Part shown: one piece after another, positions 9,363 to 18,484 of the stretch
Layout of the letters: the number at the start of each line of letters is the position of its first letter
Numbering within the stretch: the stretch's first letter is position 1
NCBI GenBank assembly: GCA_028692555.1
Contig: JAQUXE010000002.1
Span: forward strand, 1-64,000
Direction: 5' to 3'
DNA: 64,000 bases
Source of the DNA: Minisyncoccota bacterium
Lineage (GTDB): Bacteria; Patescibacteriota; Minisyncoccia; Minisyncoccales; Minisyncoccaceae
Made by a program: the position numbers and the translations under genes
The notes under the pieces: generated by a model
What the model was told of the DNA's origin: nothing
The model's database searches: none
The model's input: only the letters and a program-made list of their open reading frames with translations

Positions 9363-11783
9363 TTAATTGCAACAATAATAATTATCTGTATATTCCTTTG
9401 TTATTAATAAACATCCTGGATTAGAAGCCGTTCCTTCTCTTAGGGGATTATAGAAGCATTGTGATCTTTCATCTTCTGTTAATCTATCACTATTTTGAGG
9501 ATAGCAATTATTATATGGAGGATTAACATTGCCTTTTCCTGGGTAGGGGAACTCTGGGAGAATTAACACTCCAGGATCTGTAATTCCTTCCATGCAACTT
9601 ATCACTTCTATTACTTCTGTTGGGTTATCTTTGTATCCAGCACCATATCCTTTAACGCACCCTGTGAACTTTTTTCTTGAATAAGATAGTTTTTCTAAAA
9701 TATCAAACCTTTTTTCAACTTTAATGCTTAATTCAGGATCACACGATTTAAATTTTCCACCAGCAAGACCTGCCTTCTTGCATGGAGAGCAAACATAACC
9801 AATTACTCCTGAAAGGTTTCCTATATTGTAAAAAGGATGATTAATTTTCATGTCTGATAATTCTAAAAGCCGATTAGAATATTCTTTAAATTTTTGCAAA
9901 AGACCCATTTTGTTCATATTTTGAGACCTTATTTGATGCTCTGCCGAGTCATTAGTCGCCTCAAAACAATGTTTTATTTCTACCTCGCCATCTTCTTCTA
10001 ATATTCCTAAACTAAAATCATCTTCCCAATAATATATTTTATTAATAGCATCACAAAAATTTTCAATAGGACAAACTCCGAAACATGTACTAGGGACACA
10101 GGAATAACAGGAAAGAGTTGTACAACTATATGAACTACAATGACAATTTGATTGACATTTACCAAACCAAGGATTGCCCGACTTACATCTATTACATGCA
10201 CATCCCTCTTGAAGAGACGGAATTAATATCGCCTGATCTCTTATTGCTTTAGATTCATTAATGGTAAAATCTATTCTCCTTATAACTTCCTTGCCCCAAT
10301 CTTCTGCTTCATCAACTGTTTCACCAATTGGAATTACTCCACTATAAAATCCTTTTTCCATTTCTCCCTCAATAACAGAACATTTCTTTTCTCCTGTGGT
10401 TTTTTTTATTTTAGACATTAAAGCATTATAATCACTGCTAAAATAAAAGGTTGCCTCGTCTCCGTCATAAAAATATTCTCTTTGGTCGTCTGTAATTTTA
10501 CATGGCTCTACATCGACAGTCCCTGAAGAATTAAAATTTCTACAATATCTAGAAATATCATAATCTTTAAATGTTGTTTTTTCTATTTTATAATTTGTCG
10601 CTTCGCCTTGAAGCTTGTTAAACTCTGCTAAAGTAATTCTTTCCCCCCACGGCATTTTCATTTTTAACTTTGCTTCTGATAGATTGTTAAGATGCGTTTG
10701 ATAATAATCCCTAAAAAATTCTATTCTTTCGATTCCATCGTCTAATGTTAATAAAATTGGTGCTTCGGGAGCTGTATCCTTAATTAACCCTTGAGAAAAA
10801 CAAATTTCTCTTGGTTTGGTTCCTGCTATTAACCATTCAATTTCTTCGCTTTTACACTGTAGCTCTAATCTATTAGGACAAGGATCATACTTGTATTGAT
10901 TAAATTCTTCTATTGTTTCTACAATAGGGTTTATAATTAATCCGCCTTCGCTTGGCTGAGCATTCGGACATCCTTCTGCAGCTCCGCAACAATTATAACA
11001 ATAACTCCACCAGGAAGAATTTGAACAGGTTCTATAGCTAGTAGAGCAACTACAACCACCATCTTCAGAACAAGAACAGGTAGTACATGAGCCCGTATAA
11101 GAACCGTAAGAACCATGATCGCTAAGGAAGCTAGCGCCCTCATATCTTCCAGTATAGCATCTATTACATCCACATTGCTTCATTAGGTCATTTAATTCTT
11201 CTATTAGAGGATATAAGTGATGTTCAATTTTAGCTGCGTATGCATCAGTTAAAAGTTTTGTACAGTAAAATAAGTCCTTATTTAAAAGAACATCTTTTTC
11301 ATTTATTTTACCATCTTTATTTTGATCAACAACATTTCCGATGATAATATTTCCGGAAGCATCTCTAAGCCTTGTTTCGTATTGATAACAAGGAACATCA
11401 ATAGAAGAAACTCCAGCTAAAATCGCTTCTGTTATTGTGCCCAAGGGTATTTCTTCAAAGGTGTATGTATCTAACTCTTTAACTACCGGTGGCTTGGGCG
11501 TAATTACAGCGGGAGGAGTAATGCTAATTTCGCCAATGTTCAATTCTACATCTAATATATTAGGATTAATTGTGTATATAAGAACATATGAGAGTAGCAA
11601 CACTCCAAGACCTATTAATGTATTTTTTATTTTTTCTTTGGCTCTAGAAAAAGCAGAAGTATCTCCACGAGAATTCAAAAGATTAATTCCCTGAAAAACA
11701 ATCATAAAAACAGTAAGAGCAATCCCTCCCATTATAGCGATATTGAATATACTAACTACTATTTCTCCAAAATTTTGTTCCAT
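9363..11783 (-). CDS. large cysteine-rich surface protein with VirB2/TrbC-pilin-like N-domain and EF-hand/dockerin-type Ca loop (paralog 3)
   Basis: 806 aa. N-terminal two helices with loop NSRGDTSAFSRAKEKIKN...YTINPN; DQNKDGKINEKD at aa 153-164 fits the 12-residue EF-hand loop. Extreme Cys density with CxC/CC/CxxC clusters. Confidence 0.55.
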   Translation of the reverse strand: MEQNFGEIVVSIFNIAIMGGIALTVFMIVFQGINLLNSRGDTSAFSRAKEKIKNTLIGLGVLLLSYVLIYTINPNILDVELNIGEISITPPAVITPKPPVVKELDTYTFEEIPLGTITEAILAGVSSIDVPCYQYETRLRDASGNIIIGNVVDQNKDGKINEKDVLLNKDLFYCTKLLTDAYAAKIEHHLYPLIEELNDLMKQCGCNRCYTGRYEGASFLSDHGSYGSYTGSCTTCSCSEDGGCSCSTSYRTCSNSSWWSYCYNCCGAAEGCPNAQPSEGGLIINPIVETIEEFNQYKYDPCPNRLELQCKSEEIEWLIAGTKPREICFSQGLIKDTAPEAPILLTLDDGIERIEFFRDYYQTHLNNLSEAKLKMKMPWGERITLAEFNKLQGEATNYKIEKTTFKDYDISRYCRNFNSSGTVDVEPCKITDDQREYFYDGDEATFYFSSDYNALMSKIKKTTGEKKCSVIEGEMEKGFYSGVIPIGETVDEAEDWGKEVIRRIDFTINESKAIRDQAILIPSLQEGCACNRCKSGNPWFGKCQSNCHCSSYSCTTLSCYSCVPSTCFGVCPIENFCDAINKIYYWEDDFSLGILEEDGEVEIKHCFEATNDSAEHQIRSQNMNKMGLLQKFKEYSNRLLELSDMKINHPFYNIGNLSGVIGYVCSPCKKAGLAGGKFKSCDPELSIKVEKRFDILEKLSYSRKKFTGCVKGYGAGYKDNPTEVIEVISCMEGITDPGVLILPEFPYPGKGNVNPPYNNCYPQNSDRLTEDERSQCFYNPLREGTASNPGCLLITKEYTDNYYCCN

Positions 11784-11786
11784 ATA

Positions 11787-12116
11787 TTATTCTTCTAAAT
11801 TAAACAACACTGTCATTGTCCAAAAGAACCCTATTCCTCCTAACCATGGAGATGTTTCTCCGATTAAGGGGGTTAAAAATCTTAAATATTTATTCTTGAA
11901 AAGCTTTTTAATTTTGCCAAAGCTTTTTCTTCCTCTAAGAGATGGTGGCCTGTGTCCTCTGATTAACAACCAAGGAAAAAAGATAAACATTCCTGTAATA
12001 TCAAGTATGCCTAAATCATCTAATCCGAAAATAACTAATCCCAATCCGCACAAATCAAGAAATAGGGCAGTGGGAAGCATAAAAAAGGCCTCTGGTGTAA
12101 ACTTAATATTAAACAT
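11787..12116 (-). CDS. small hydrophobic membrane protein, first gene of the pilin-like operon
   Basis: 109 aa, three hydrophobic segments. Stop is 3 nt before the start of the 806-aa gene on the same strand. No recognisable motif. Confidence 0.35.
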   Translation of the reverse strand: MFNIKFTPEAFFMLPTALFLDLCGLGLVIFGLDDLGILDITGMFIFFPWLLIRGHRPPSLRGRKSFGKIKKLFKNKYLRFLTPLIGETSPWLGGIGFFWTMTVLFNLEE

Positions 12117-12538
12117 AATATAAGTAAATTATACTTTATTATTAGAAGAGAAGCAATAATGTGTACTAGTCCATAATTTTCAAACATGCTAGGGTGTATC
12201 GCATCTATCTGGACCTAGACAGGTTGAAGAAAAAAAGGATCCTGCTCAGCAGGTTCCAAAGGATTCCTCAGATCCATGGAGTGAATTTGAGGAAAGGCAA
12301 GAAAGGGCACGCGAAGCTGCATCTCGGGCGGCTTTTGGCCCAAAGCCATCGCTTCCTGACATTCCGGGAGTGGCTATTATAGGAGGATTCCTAATCATAG
12401 GGGGAATTATATTTCTGGCAAAATCGAAAGATGAAGAATTTTTGCCGAATATATAATGCCTCCTTTTTTTATTGAATAAAAGTTTACAAGAAACAATAGA
12501 TTAATTTTTATTTATTATTGCATTGTGGACAAATTGTT

Positions 12539-13483
12539 TTAGGAACACACATTTTGCACTTTTTTTAACGCCTCATTTGGAGTTAAACCATCTAGAGCAC
12601 AATGTTCTAAATTATTATATTTAATATTCCATACTCTCAATTCTTTTTTTAATTGTATTATGGTTTTAAAATTGTGTCTATCGTAAAACATTTCTTGATC
12701 AGTTCGATGAGATCTTTCTACCTTTCCATTCTGAGCAGGCTTACCGGGATCGATTAAATAGTGAATGATGTTTTTCTTTCCACATAGAATGTCAAATTCA
12801 TGAAGTCGAGGATTTAAAGGGTCATTAGACTTATTGTATCCTATGTATCTGTTTGTGAAACAACTTCCATTATCAGTTTTTATTGCTCTGATTCTAAAAG
12901 GAGCAATTTCAATTATTCTATTTAAAAACTTAATAGCACAATCATTTCCCATACCATCATATACTTCTAAGTGTCTCCACCTCGAAGCACAGTCAATAGC
13001 TGTAAATTGATAATATTTAAGCCCATTAATGCTTCCTGGTACATATTTAATGTCTATTTCTACTAATTCTCCTGGCTGAAGAAGATTTTTTATATACTTC
13101 CACTTTAACTTTCTAGTCCTGTATTTTCTAACCAATCCTTCCGTCTTAATTATTTTTCCAATTGTCCTTGTATTAATTATGATTCCTTTTTTCTTTAACT
13201 TAAAGTTAAGTTTTTTAGCACACAACTTGGATTCTTTTCTTAGTTTAATTATTTCCTCTTTAATATGAATAGGGGTTTCATTGGGTGCTGTTTTAGGCCT
13301 TCTGCTTCTATTTATTAATCCACCTAATCCATTTTTACGATATTTAGACAACCAGTATTTAATTGTTCTTTCACTAAAGGGAGATACAGAAACTAGATTT
13401 TTAATGCTAATATTTTTCTCTAATATGGGTTTTATCCACCTATATTTTTCTTCTTGTGTTGATTTTGGCATAGTTTTTGACAT
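12539..13483 (-). CDS. IS481-family-like DDE transposase (HTH + rve integrase core)
   Basis: 314 aa single ORF. N-terminal HTH; integrase-core DDE signatures (...QFTAIDCASR..., IKTDNGSCFTN, QNGKVERSHRT). Confidence 0.8.
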   Translation of the reverse strand: MSKTMPKSTQEEKYRWIKPILEKNISIKNLVSVSPFSERTIKYWLSKYRKNGLGGLINRSRRPKTAPNETPIHIKEEIIKLRKESKLCAKKLNFKLKKKGIIINTRTIGKIIKTEGLVRKYRTRKLKWKYIKNLLQPGELVEIDIKYVPGSINGLKYYQFTAIDCASRWRHLEVYDGMGNDCAIKFLNRIIEIAPFRIRAIKTDNGSCFTNRYIGYNKSNDPLNPRLHEFDILCGKKNIIHYLIDPGKPAQNGKVERSHRTDQEMFYDRHNFKTIIQLKKELRVWNIKYNNLEHCALDGLTPNEALKKVQNVCS

Positions 13484-13520
13484 ATGCCTCTAGATTATCA
13501 TAAAAGTGCAATATGTGTGT
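12547..13520 (-). mobile_element. IS element (IS481-like), boundaries approximate
   Basis: Imperfect terminal inverted repeats ACACACAT(T/A)TTGCACTTTT at 12547-12565 and reverse-complemented at 13502-13520 bracket the transposase. ORF stop lies ~6 nt outside the left repeat, so true ends may be slightly further out. Confidence 0.5.
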
Positions 13521-13583
13521 ACACATTACCAAATCCTATTGACATTTATTGTCTTTAATTTTATAATATTTGTGGTAATTAAA

Positions 13584-13766
13584 ATGTATAAAAAATTAGC
13601 TATTGGAGAGGCAGGAATCATCATATTCCTAATGGTATTGCTTACAGAAAAGGCCCCACTATCAGCATTTCTGTTGGTGGCTGGAGCAGTTGGAATACTG
13701 ATTATTGCAGTATTCATAGTAATTGGAGTTATGCACCTAGTAACATCGAAAAATGAAAGTTACTAG
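13584..13766 (+). CDS. small two-helix membrane protein upstream of VirB6-like gene
   Basis: Start chosen at internal Met (MYKKLAIGEAG...) of ORF 13506-13766. ~60 aa with two hydrophobic helices. Promoter-proximal to 13849-15774. Confidence 0.35.
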   Translation: MYKKLAIGEAGIIIFLMVLLTEKAPLSAFLLVAGAVGILIIAVFIVIGVMHLVTSKNESY

Positions 13767-13848
13767 GCGCATAACTCTTTTTTTTATTGATGAATAGATT
13801 GCTTTTTTCTTTACAATAAAAAATTTAGTAAGTATAATAAATTAAAAT

Positions 13849-15774
13849 ATGATTAAACTTAAAAGGATTTTATTTTTATTTATTTTTATAGCTATTGTTT
13901 TTTGTTTTTTCTTTCCAATTGAGATGACTGGCGCTATTGAGGAATCAGATGATATAATGTTCGATCCTGTCAACACAATAGCGACTGCTATAATTACAAC
14001 GATCGTAGACATAGCAATTAATACTTGTAGCGTGGTCTTAAAAATATCTTCGCAGATTTTGTCCTGGGCTATTGATGGAGGAGGAGTTGATCAGGCAGGA
14101 TCACAAAGCCCCGTTGTTACGGAGGGATGGGGAATAGTAAGAAATCTTGCAAACGCAGCCCTAATTATTGGACTTGTAATCATAGCTATTAATATTATAT
14201 TAGGAAAGGAAGAGGGGCAAGCAAAGAAAACTTTAGTTAACTTTGTAATCGTTGCTCTTCTTATAAACTTTACTCCATTAATTTGTGGCTTCTTTATTGA
14301 CGGGTCAAACATTATAGCCAACAGCTTTATCGGTCAAGGATTAGATCCATTAATGAACAACCAGCTAAATGATGCTGCTCAAGTGATTAGAGAAATGAAT
14401 ATTTTAGAAGCACTTCTTGGGATAGGATTTTTAGTTGTTTTTACAATCATATCTCTTTTTGTTTATCTTCTTTATGCCATTTTGTTTTTAGCCCGAACTG
14501 TAATTTTATGGATATTAATTATTGCTTCACCAATTGCTCTAGCAACAAAAGTATTTCCGAAATCAAATGCTGTCAGAAAATTCTTTCCTAGTATTTTGTA
14601 TTGGGACGATTGGTACGAAATGTTTCTCCAATGGGTAATAATTGTTATTCCTGCAGCTCTCTTTATTCACCTATCCAATATTGCAATAAGAGCAGCTGTT
14701 GTTACAGATTCACCAGGTGATTTCGATAATATTCTTGATTATTTATTAGTTCTTGGCTTTTCCTATTTTATCCCTTTAATTCTTCTAATTGCCGGATTCA
14801 TGATCACAATCTCTTCAGGAGGAAGTGTTGCCGCTCCTCTTGGAGCACTAGGAAAGAAAGCTTGGGCAGCTACCGCTGGAGCGGCTGGAGGATATGCATT
14901 AGGCAAAGCAAAATCTGGAGCAAAAGCAACTGGATCTTGGGTAAAGGAGGGAGCTGTGGGATCAGCAGCAGCTATAATAAAAAGAGAAAATCCTCTTAAT
15001 AAAGCTGCCCGAGATAGCGGAATGGCTAGCGTTGATAAAGTAAAATCAAGCATAGGTGGTGCAATGACAGGTGCAAAAGATTATTTACGTATTGGTGAAA
15101 GTAACACATGGGCGAAAAGATCGGCAGAAACAGAAAAACAATTAGCAGAAGGTATGGATAATTATTTTGACGGATCAAAAGAAGAAAATGTGGTAAAGTT
15201 TAACCTAGCACAACAACAGCTTGAAAAGTTAAGATTGAGTAAATCTTTATCACAGAAAGAACTTTCTAAAAGATATGAAAATCTATTTATTGCCGCTACG
15301 AATAATGGCGACATAGAAGACTCTGCTATTGAGAATTTCTTAAGTCAATCAAAAGGAAAAGGGGTGGACGTTGACTATGGAAAAATGCTAAGAGGAACAT
15401 CTGCTGTTGATATTATGAAAAAATACAAACCAAAAGCATTAGAAAGAGGATTTATTGCAGAAAAACTGGTTGACACTAAACAAGGAGAATATATTCTCAC
15501 TAACCCTAGAGCAACACAAGCTCATAGCAAGGCACTATTTGATGGAATAAAAAACTCAAAAAACACAGGAACACAAGCTGCTGGAGCAGCAAGCATTGGC
15601 GCATCCTCAAGTCCCGGAGATGCTACACAAAAAATAGACCAAGCAGAACAAATTTTGGCAGGAGAGCTCGACAGTCTTAATAGCAAGGCAACTTCATCCG
15701 GATTATCTGACGAAGAAGAAAAAAGAAGAGATGAAGTAAGTGATCAATTAAAGTCGCTAAAAGGAACACAATGA
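13849..15774 (+). CDS. VirB6/TrbL-like polytopic membrane protein with Gly/Ala/Ser-rich hydrophilic C-terminal tail
   Basis: 641 aa. Signal/TM N-terminus, ~6-7 further hydrophobic helices with Trp-rich loops in first 330 aa, then long low-complexity soluble tail. Architecture typical of VirB6/TrbL. Confidence 0.5.
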   Translation: MIKLKRILFLFIFIAIVFCFFFPIEMTGAIEESDDIMFDPVNTIATAIITTIVDIAINTCSVVLKISSQILSWAIDGGGVDQAGSQSPVVTEGWGIVRNLANAALIIGLVIIAINIILGKEEGQAKKTLVNFVIVALLINFTPLICGFFIDGSNIIANSFIGQGLDPLMNNQLNDAAQVIREMNILEALLGIGFLVVFTIISLFVYLLYAILFLARTVILWILIIASPIALATKVFPKSNAVRKFFPSILYWDDWYEMFLQWVIIVIPAALFIHLSNIAIRAAVVTDSPGDFDNILDYLLVLGFSYFIPLILLIAGFMITISSGGSVAAPLGALGKKAWAATAGAAGGYALGKAKSGAKATGSWVKEGAVGSAAAIIKRENPLNKAARDSGMASVDKVKSSIGGAMTGAKDYLRIGESNTWAKRSAETEKQLAEGMDNYFDGSKEENVVKFNLAQQQLEKLRLSKSLSQKELSKRYENLFIAATNNGDIEDSAIENFLSQSKGKGVDVDYGKMLRGTSAVDIMKKYKPKALERGFIAEKLVDTKQGEYILTNPRATQAHSKALFDGIKNSKNTGTQAAGAASIGASSSPGDATQKIDQAEQILAGELDSLNSKATSSGLSDEEEKRRDEVSDQLKSLKGTQ

Positions 15775-15778
15775 ATGT

Positions 15779-16216
15779 ATGAAAAAAATAAACGATAAAA
15801 TTATTGCCTTTTTAGGTGAAATCATATTAAAAAACAATCTAGAGAAAGATGTTATCGATAGCTCTTTTGACTATTCAGAAAGAACTCCTATTTTAGAAAA
15901 AACACTATCAATGATATTTAACGATGTCGTTACACAAAGAATGGAAAATGGAGAAAGGATTGCTCAGTTTCATCCTTTTGTAAAATTAAGAAACATTATT
16001 GATCGTTTAATTAATAATTTAATTAATTACGAAGATGTTCTTCCTTTATTAAAAGAAGAATTTGATTTTCCAAAAGAAAAAGCAAAGGAAATATCTTTAC
16101 TGATAGAAGGAAATAAAGAAATTAAGGAATTGATAGAAAAAGAAGATGATACTGTTTACGAAAAAACAGAAGAAAAGGTGAGTCCCAAAAGTATCGGCTA
16201 TGAGTTATTGAAATAA
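15779..16216 (+). CDS. hypothetical acidic protein
   Basis: 145 aa. Start 5 nt after VirB6-like stop. No motif recognised. Confidence 0.4.
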   Translation: MKKINDKIIAFLGEIILKNNLEKDVIDSSFDYSERTPILEKTLSMIFNDVVTQRMENGERIAQFHPFVKLRNIIDRLINNLINYEDVLPLLKEEFDFPKEKAKEISLLIEGNKEIKELIEKEDDTVYEKTEEKVSPKSIGYELLK

Positions 16217-16236
16217 AAAATGCAGGATAATGATTA

Positions 16237-17493
16237 TCATTTCCTGCTTCTGTTTTTATCTGCTTCGGCGATGAGTGCGTCAATTTCCTCGCGCGAATAG
16301 ATTTTCTTCTTTTCTTCTTTAGTAGAAGACGAGGAAGAGAGTGATGGTGATGTTTTTTGCTGCTCAATAATTTTATTAGCAGCAATGATCGCGCCAATCA
16401 TATTACTATAATCAGCACCGCCGCCTGTGCCAGAACCCTTGGGAAGCTTCATTTCGAAGTATGCCTTCCCATCAATCGCCATGTTCTTATTTACAAGATC
16501 CATAGCAACCTTGAACTGTTTCTTGTACTTCGTATCAAGAACTTCTGGGCTTGTTTCCAGCTCTTGCTGAAGTTTTTCAACCGTCTGTCCGGTTGCCGAA
16601 GCAACCATGCTAAGAGCACTTCCCATACGAGCAATTGCTTCCTTTTGGGCATCTGCTCTAGCTCTCACAAGAGTGGCTTCCATTTTCCTTTCCTCAACAA
16701 CCTTTTGTTGGGTTGCTTGCTCGTACTCAGCATTAGAGGGCACAACCTGAATAACACTCAGGTTAGTAATTTTAACACCATATCTTTCAATAATTTTTTC
16801 AACCCTTTTTGAGATATGATTTTCAAGACTACTAGAAAGTTCTCCTCTTATGATCTCCTCGTAAGAGTTTTTGCTGACGAAATCCCTGCTTGCTCCTTCA
16901 ATCCAAGAAGTCATGGCGGCGTTCCAATCCTTGATTTGAAACATTGCCTTGTATGGATTAAAGATCACTGCTTCAACCTCAATCCACATATTAATGGGGA
17001 CCTTTCCTTCAGTCTCCGCATCCTTAATTTCAACACCATAAACATATGGCATCAAAATTACATGTGCTAAAGGTTCTTCTCTTTGTTCTTTGGTTCCATT
17101 CTTAAACTTTACCCACCTCTGTTGGTAGGTATAAACCCTATAGAAAGGCCAGAGAATAGGGACCATCCCCATTATGTTGAAGGGGACTTTCTCTACTCCA
17201 TCAGCAACATCAAAGTTGCTGAGAAGCACCCTTCCTTGATACTTAATGTAGCATCCATGAAAGGAGTCTCCTTTCATAAGGATCTTTGCGTATCCTTCCT
17301 CGAGGAAGAATCCGAAAATCCCATGGGGTGCCCATACAAGATAAAGCACCAGAAAGACAGCTAGAATGAATACTCCCATTCCAATAAGTACTCCCCAAAT
17401 TATTCCCATTACAAAACAAATAATTGCTGAAAAAACAACAATCATTCCCCCTGTTGTAAGAGGGCTCTCATCAATCTTTTTTCTTACTTCCAT
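16237..17493 (-). CDS. SPFH/band-7 (flotillin/prohibitin-like) membrane protein
   Basis: 418 aa. N-terminal TM hairpin, SPFH-like core, long Ala/Glu/Gln coiled-coil and basic Ser-rich tail. Confidence 0.65.
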   Translation of the reverse strand: MEVRKKIDESPLTTGGMIVVFSAIICFVMGIIWGVLIGMGVFILAVFLVLYLVWAPHGIFGFFLEEGYAKILMKGDSFHGCYIKYQGRVLLSNFDVADGVEKVPFNIMGMVPILWPFYRVYTYQQRWVKFKNGTKEQREEPLAHVILMPYVYGVEIKDAETEGKVPINMWIEVEAVIFNPYKAMFQIKDWNAAMTSWIEGASRDFVSKNSYEEIIRGELSSSLENHISKRVEKIIERYGVKITNLSVIQVVPSNAEYEQATQQKVVEERKMEATLVRARADAQKEAIARMGSALSMVASATGQTVEKLQQELETSPEVLDTKYKKQFKVAMDLVNKNMAIDGKAYFEMKLPKGSGTGGGADYSNMIGAIIAANKIIEQQKTSPSLSSSSSTKEEKKKIYSREEIDALIAEADKNRSRK

Positions 17494-17619
17494 TTTAATT
17501 CCTCCTAATTGTTAAATAACCATAATTCCCTAAATAGGGATACATAAATTATAAAACATTATATTGTTTTTGTAAAGGGCAGTGTTGATTGAATAAAAAA
17601 ATGTGTTAAAATAAAGTAT

Positions 17620-18063
17620 ATGAAAAACACTGGTGATTCAAAAGATATTTTTTGGAAAGAATATGAAAAACTTCCCGACGCTATAAAAGAAGCTCTTTTT
17701 TCTGAAGAGAATTTTAAGATTGTTTCTGATATCTGTGAAGTAAATGGAGTTACTGGTGAAGATTCAAAATCTGAGTTAATGAAATATGTTGGAAGAACTT
17801 TAATGGGCAAGCTACCTATTAAAGATTTTTTTGTTACTCTTGAGTTAGAGATGGACATGGAAACAAATAAAGCAAAAACCATAAGTAGAGAAATAGACAG
17901 AAAAATATTCAGTGGCCTTAGGATAGCATTAAATAAAATATACTCTCTAAATATTGCAGAAAACAAGATTGTAAGCGATAATAAGAAGAACAAGGATGGA
18001 ATTGAAATTCCGGTACCCAGCAAAAGTGAATATAAGGATCCATATAAAGAACCATTAATATAA
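17620..18063 (+). CDS. hypothetical protein
   Basis: 147 aa. Immediately precedes the VirB3-like/VirB4 genes (2-nt gap). No motif. Confidence 0.4.
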   Translation: MKNTGDSKDIFWKEYEKLPDAIKEALFSEENFKIVSDICEVNGVTGEDSKSELMKYVGRTLMGKLPIKDFFVTLELEMDMETNKAKTISREIDRKIFSGLRIALNKIYSLNIAENKIVSDNKKNKDGIEIPVPSKSEYKDPYKEPLI

Positions 18064-18064
18064 T

Positions 18065-18484
18065 ATGCAATACAGAGTTCCTCAATTTATTGAACACCAG
18101 GCAAAAATATTAGGACCATTGAACGTAAAGCAAAGCATGACGATTGGAGTGGTTCTAGTTATTTGTTTCTTTCTTTATTTTGCCATCGGAGAAGAAAACT
18201 TTTTTCTCTTTATTCTTTTAGCGGGACTTCTTACTGGAATAGCACTAGCAATTTCTTTTTATAAAGTACAAGGGCAATCATTGCCAGTAGTAATGAAAAA
18301 TTGGACAAGTTTTAATATCTCTCCTAGGTTATTTCTTTGGAAAAGAAAGCGGTCACCGGTTTTTTTATCAACCGAAAGAGAAAGAAGAGCGATTACAATT
18401 GTTAAACAAGAAAAATCACCATTGAAAATGAGGGACGAAGGGAAGATAGAAGAACTAATTAAGAAAATTGATTTTGAAGAATAA
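18065..18484 (+). CDS. small 2-TM membrane protein, VirB3/TcpE/PrgI-like partner of VirB4
   Basis: 139 aa, two adjacent hydrophobic helices after a short N-terminus. Position directly upstream of VirB4 with overlapping stop/start (ATAATG) matches small partners of VirB4-type ATPases. Confidence 0.4.
   Translation: MQYRVPQFIEHQAKILGPLNVKQSMTIGVVLVICFFLYFAIGEENFFLFILLAGLLTGIALAISFYKVQGQSLPVVMKNWTSFNISPRLFLWKRKRSPVFLSTERERRAITIVKQEKSPLKMRDEGKIEELIKKIDFEE

Noticed and set aside
6868-11783. Possibility that the pilin-like proteins are type IV (PilA-type) pilins served by pilB at 31216
   Set aside because: None has a class III prepilin leader (G|FTLIE). They have Sec-type signal peptides and a two-helix VirB2/TrbC-like layout instead.
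11743-12123. 126-aa plus-strand ORF
   Set aside because: Antisense to the minus-strand small membrane protein gene 11787-12116, which is translationally coupled to the pilin-like operon; the minus-strand reading is preferred.
12194-12382. 62-aa ORF in the GC-rich fragment
   Set aside because: Arg/Lys/His-rich low-information translation with no motif. A different frame gives a more protein-like (but start-less) reading; treated as non-coding remnant.
13506-13583. N-terminal extension of the small membrane protein ORF (MQYVCTHYQILL...)
   Set aside because: Overlaps the right inverted repeat of the IS element; internal Met at 13584 after the IS end is the more plausible start.
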